A stretch of 64,000 nt of DNA, taken from positions 32,674,001 to 32,738,000 of the forward strand of contig OZ336890.1 of NCBI GenBank assembly GCA_965287045.1. The letters are read 5' to 3'. This document shows, one piece after another, positions 63,266 through 64,000 of this stretch; the first letter of the stretch is position 1, and each line of letters opens with the position of its first letter. The translations under genes were made by a program, and so were the position numbers. This DNA is from Carcharhinus amblyrhynchos. Its lineage: Eukaryota. The notes under the pieces were generated by a model. That model was not told the origin of the DNA. It ran no database searches and was given only the letters and a program-made list of their open reading frames with translations.

Positions 63266-63586
63266 ATCACTGGCAAGTTTCCCCAACTGCCCTTGAACTC
63301 AGTGGTTTGCTTGGCCATTTCAGATAGTAGTTAAGAGTCAATTCACATTGCTGTGCTGTAGGCAAGACCAGCAGATTTCCTTCCCTAAAGGACATTAGTG
63401 AACCAGATGTGATTTTAATGACAATAGACAAAGGTTTCATGGTCACTAGACTTCTAGCTCCAGATTTTATTGAATTCAAATTCCACCATCTGCCATGCTG
63501 GGATTCAAACACAAGTCCCCAGTCACCACCTTGGGATCTCTGGATTACTAGTTCAGGGATAATACCACTACGTTATTGCCTCCCCT
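63266..63586 (-). mobile_element. tRNA-headed Deu-type SINE (SacSINE1-like)
   Basis: Minus strand starts ggggaggcaataacgtagtggtattatccctgaactagtaatccagag...gtttgaatccc; body has catctggttcactaatgtcctttagggaaggaaatctgc. Family name is from recall. Confidence 0.65.
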
Positions 63587-64000
63587 GTGCAGGCAATACC
63601 ATAATATTGGATTATGTCTGCACTCCACTGATTTGCCAATTTCAACTGTGTTTTTGCACTCAAGAATCTGGAAGCAAGTCAGTCAGCTTTATTATTCCAA
63701 ATTGATATTCTTCCTCCACACAGGTTTGTCCAATTCATTGTGCCTGGCCAGTTTCCATACCCCTTCAATTGCTTTCTTTCTACAATGTAACCTATTGACA
63801 TGCTCTGTTTCAATTGATAATTCTAGTAGTTCATTGCAGAATCATTCAACATTCTCTATAAAAACACTCCCATACTCTGTCTTCAGTCATTCAAACATAT
63901 AAATTCGGACCAAGAGTGAGCTACTCAAGCCTGTTCTGCCATTTAATATCATGGCAGATTTGGTTGTGACCTCAACTGCATGCTTTCACTTCCTCCCATA

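Overview
This is eukaryotic (vertebrate) DNA, not prokaryotic. The repeat content (HE1-type V-SINEs, CR1/HER1-like LINEs, Penelope-like elements, a Deu-type SINE) points to a shark or other elasmobranch; that assignment is inferred. The window holds the 3' ends of two convergent genes. On the + strand are the last four coding exons of an NMDA receptor subunit, GRIN2C (2960-3120, 5286-5473, 10308-10540, 16432-17901, ending ...FSSLESEV*). On the - strand is the last coding exon of TMEM104/SLC38A12 (30565-29808). I found no further TMEM104 exon in the remaining ~33 kb, which I read as one long intron. Most other ORFs in the track are transposon debris or chance. The most unusual items are: (1) a minisatellite that starts exactly at the last GRIN2C splice donor and repeats the donor motif about a dozen times; (2) a diverged ~35-bp tandem array whose last 100 bp has a 95%-identical inverted copy 1.1 kb away, with a hammerhead-like motif in the loop; (3) several Penelope-type minimal hammerhead ribozyme motifs in different states of decay; (4) a very young, stop-free CR1 insertion nested in an older LINE; (5) a Glu-to-His change in the GluN2C ligand-binding domain; (6) an internally deleted Harbinger transposase fossil. 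I found no convincing wholly new biological system. Repeat boundaries are approximate, and all family assignments and human comparisons come from recalled sequences, not from database searches.
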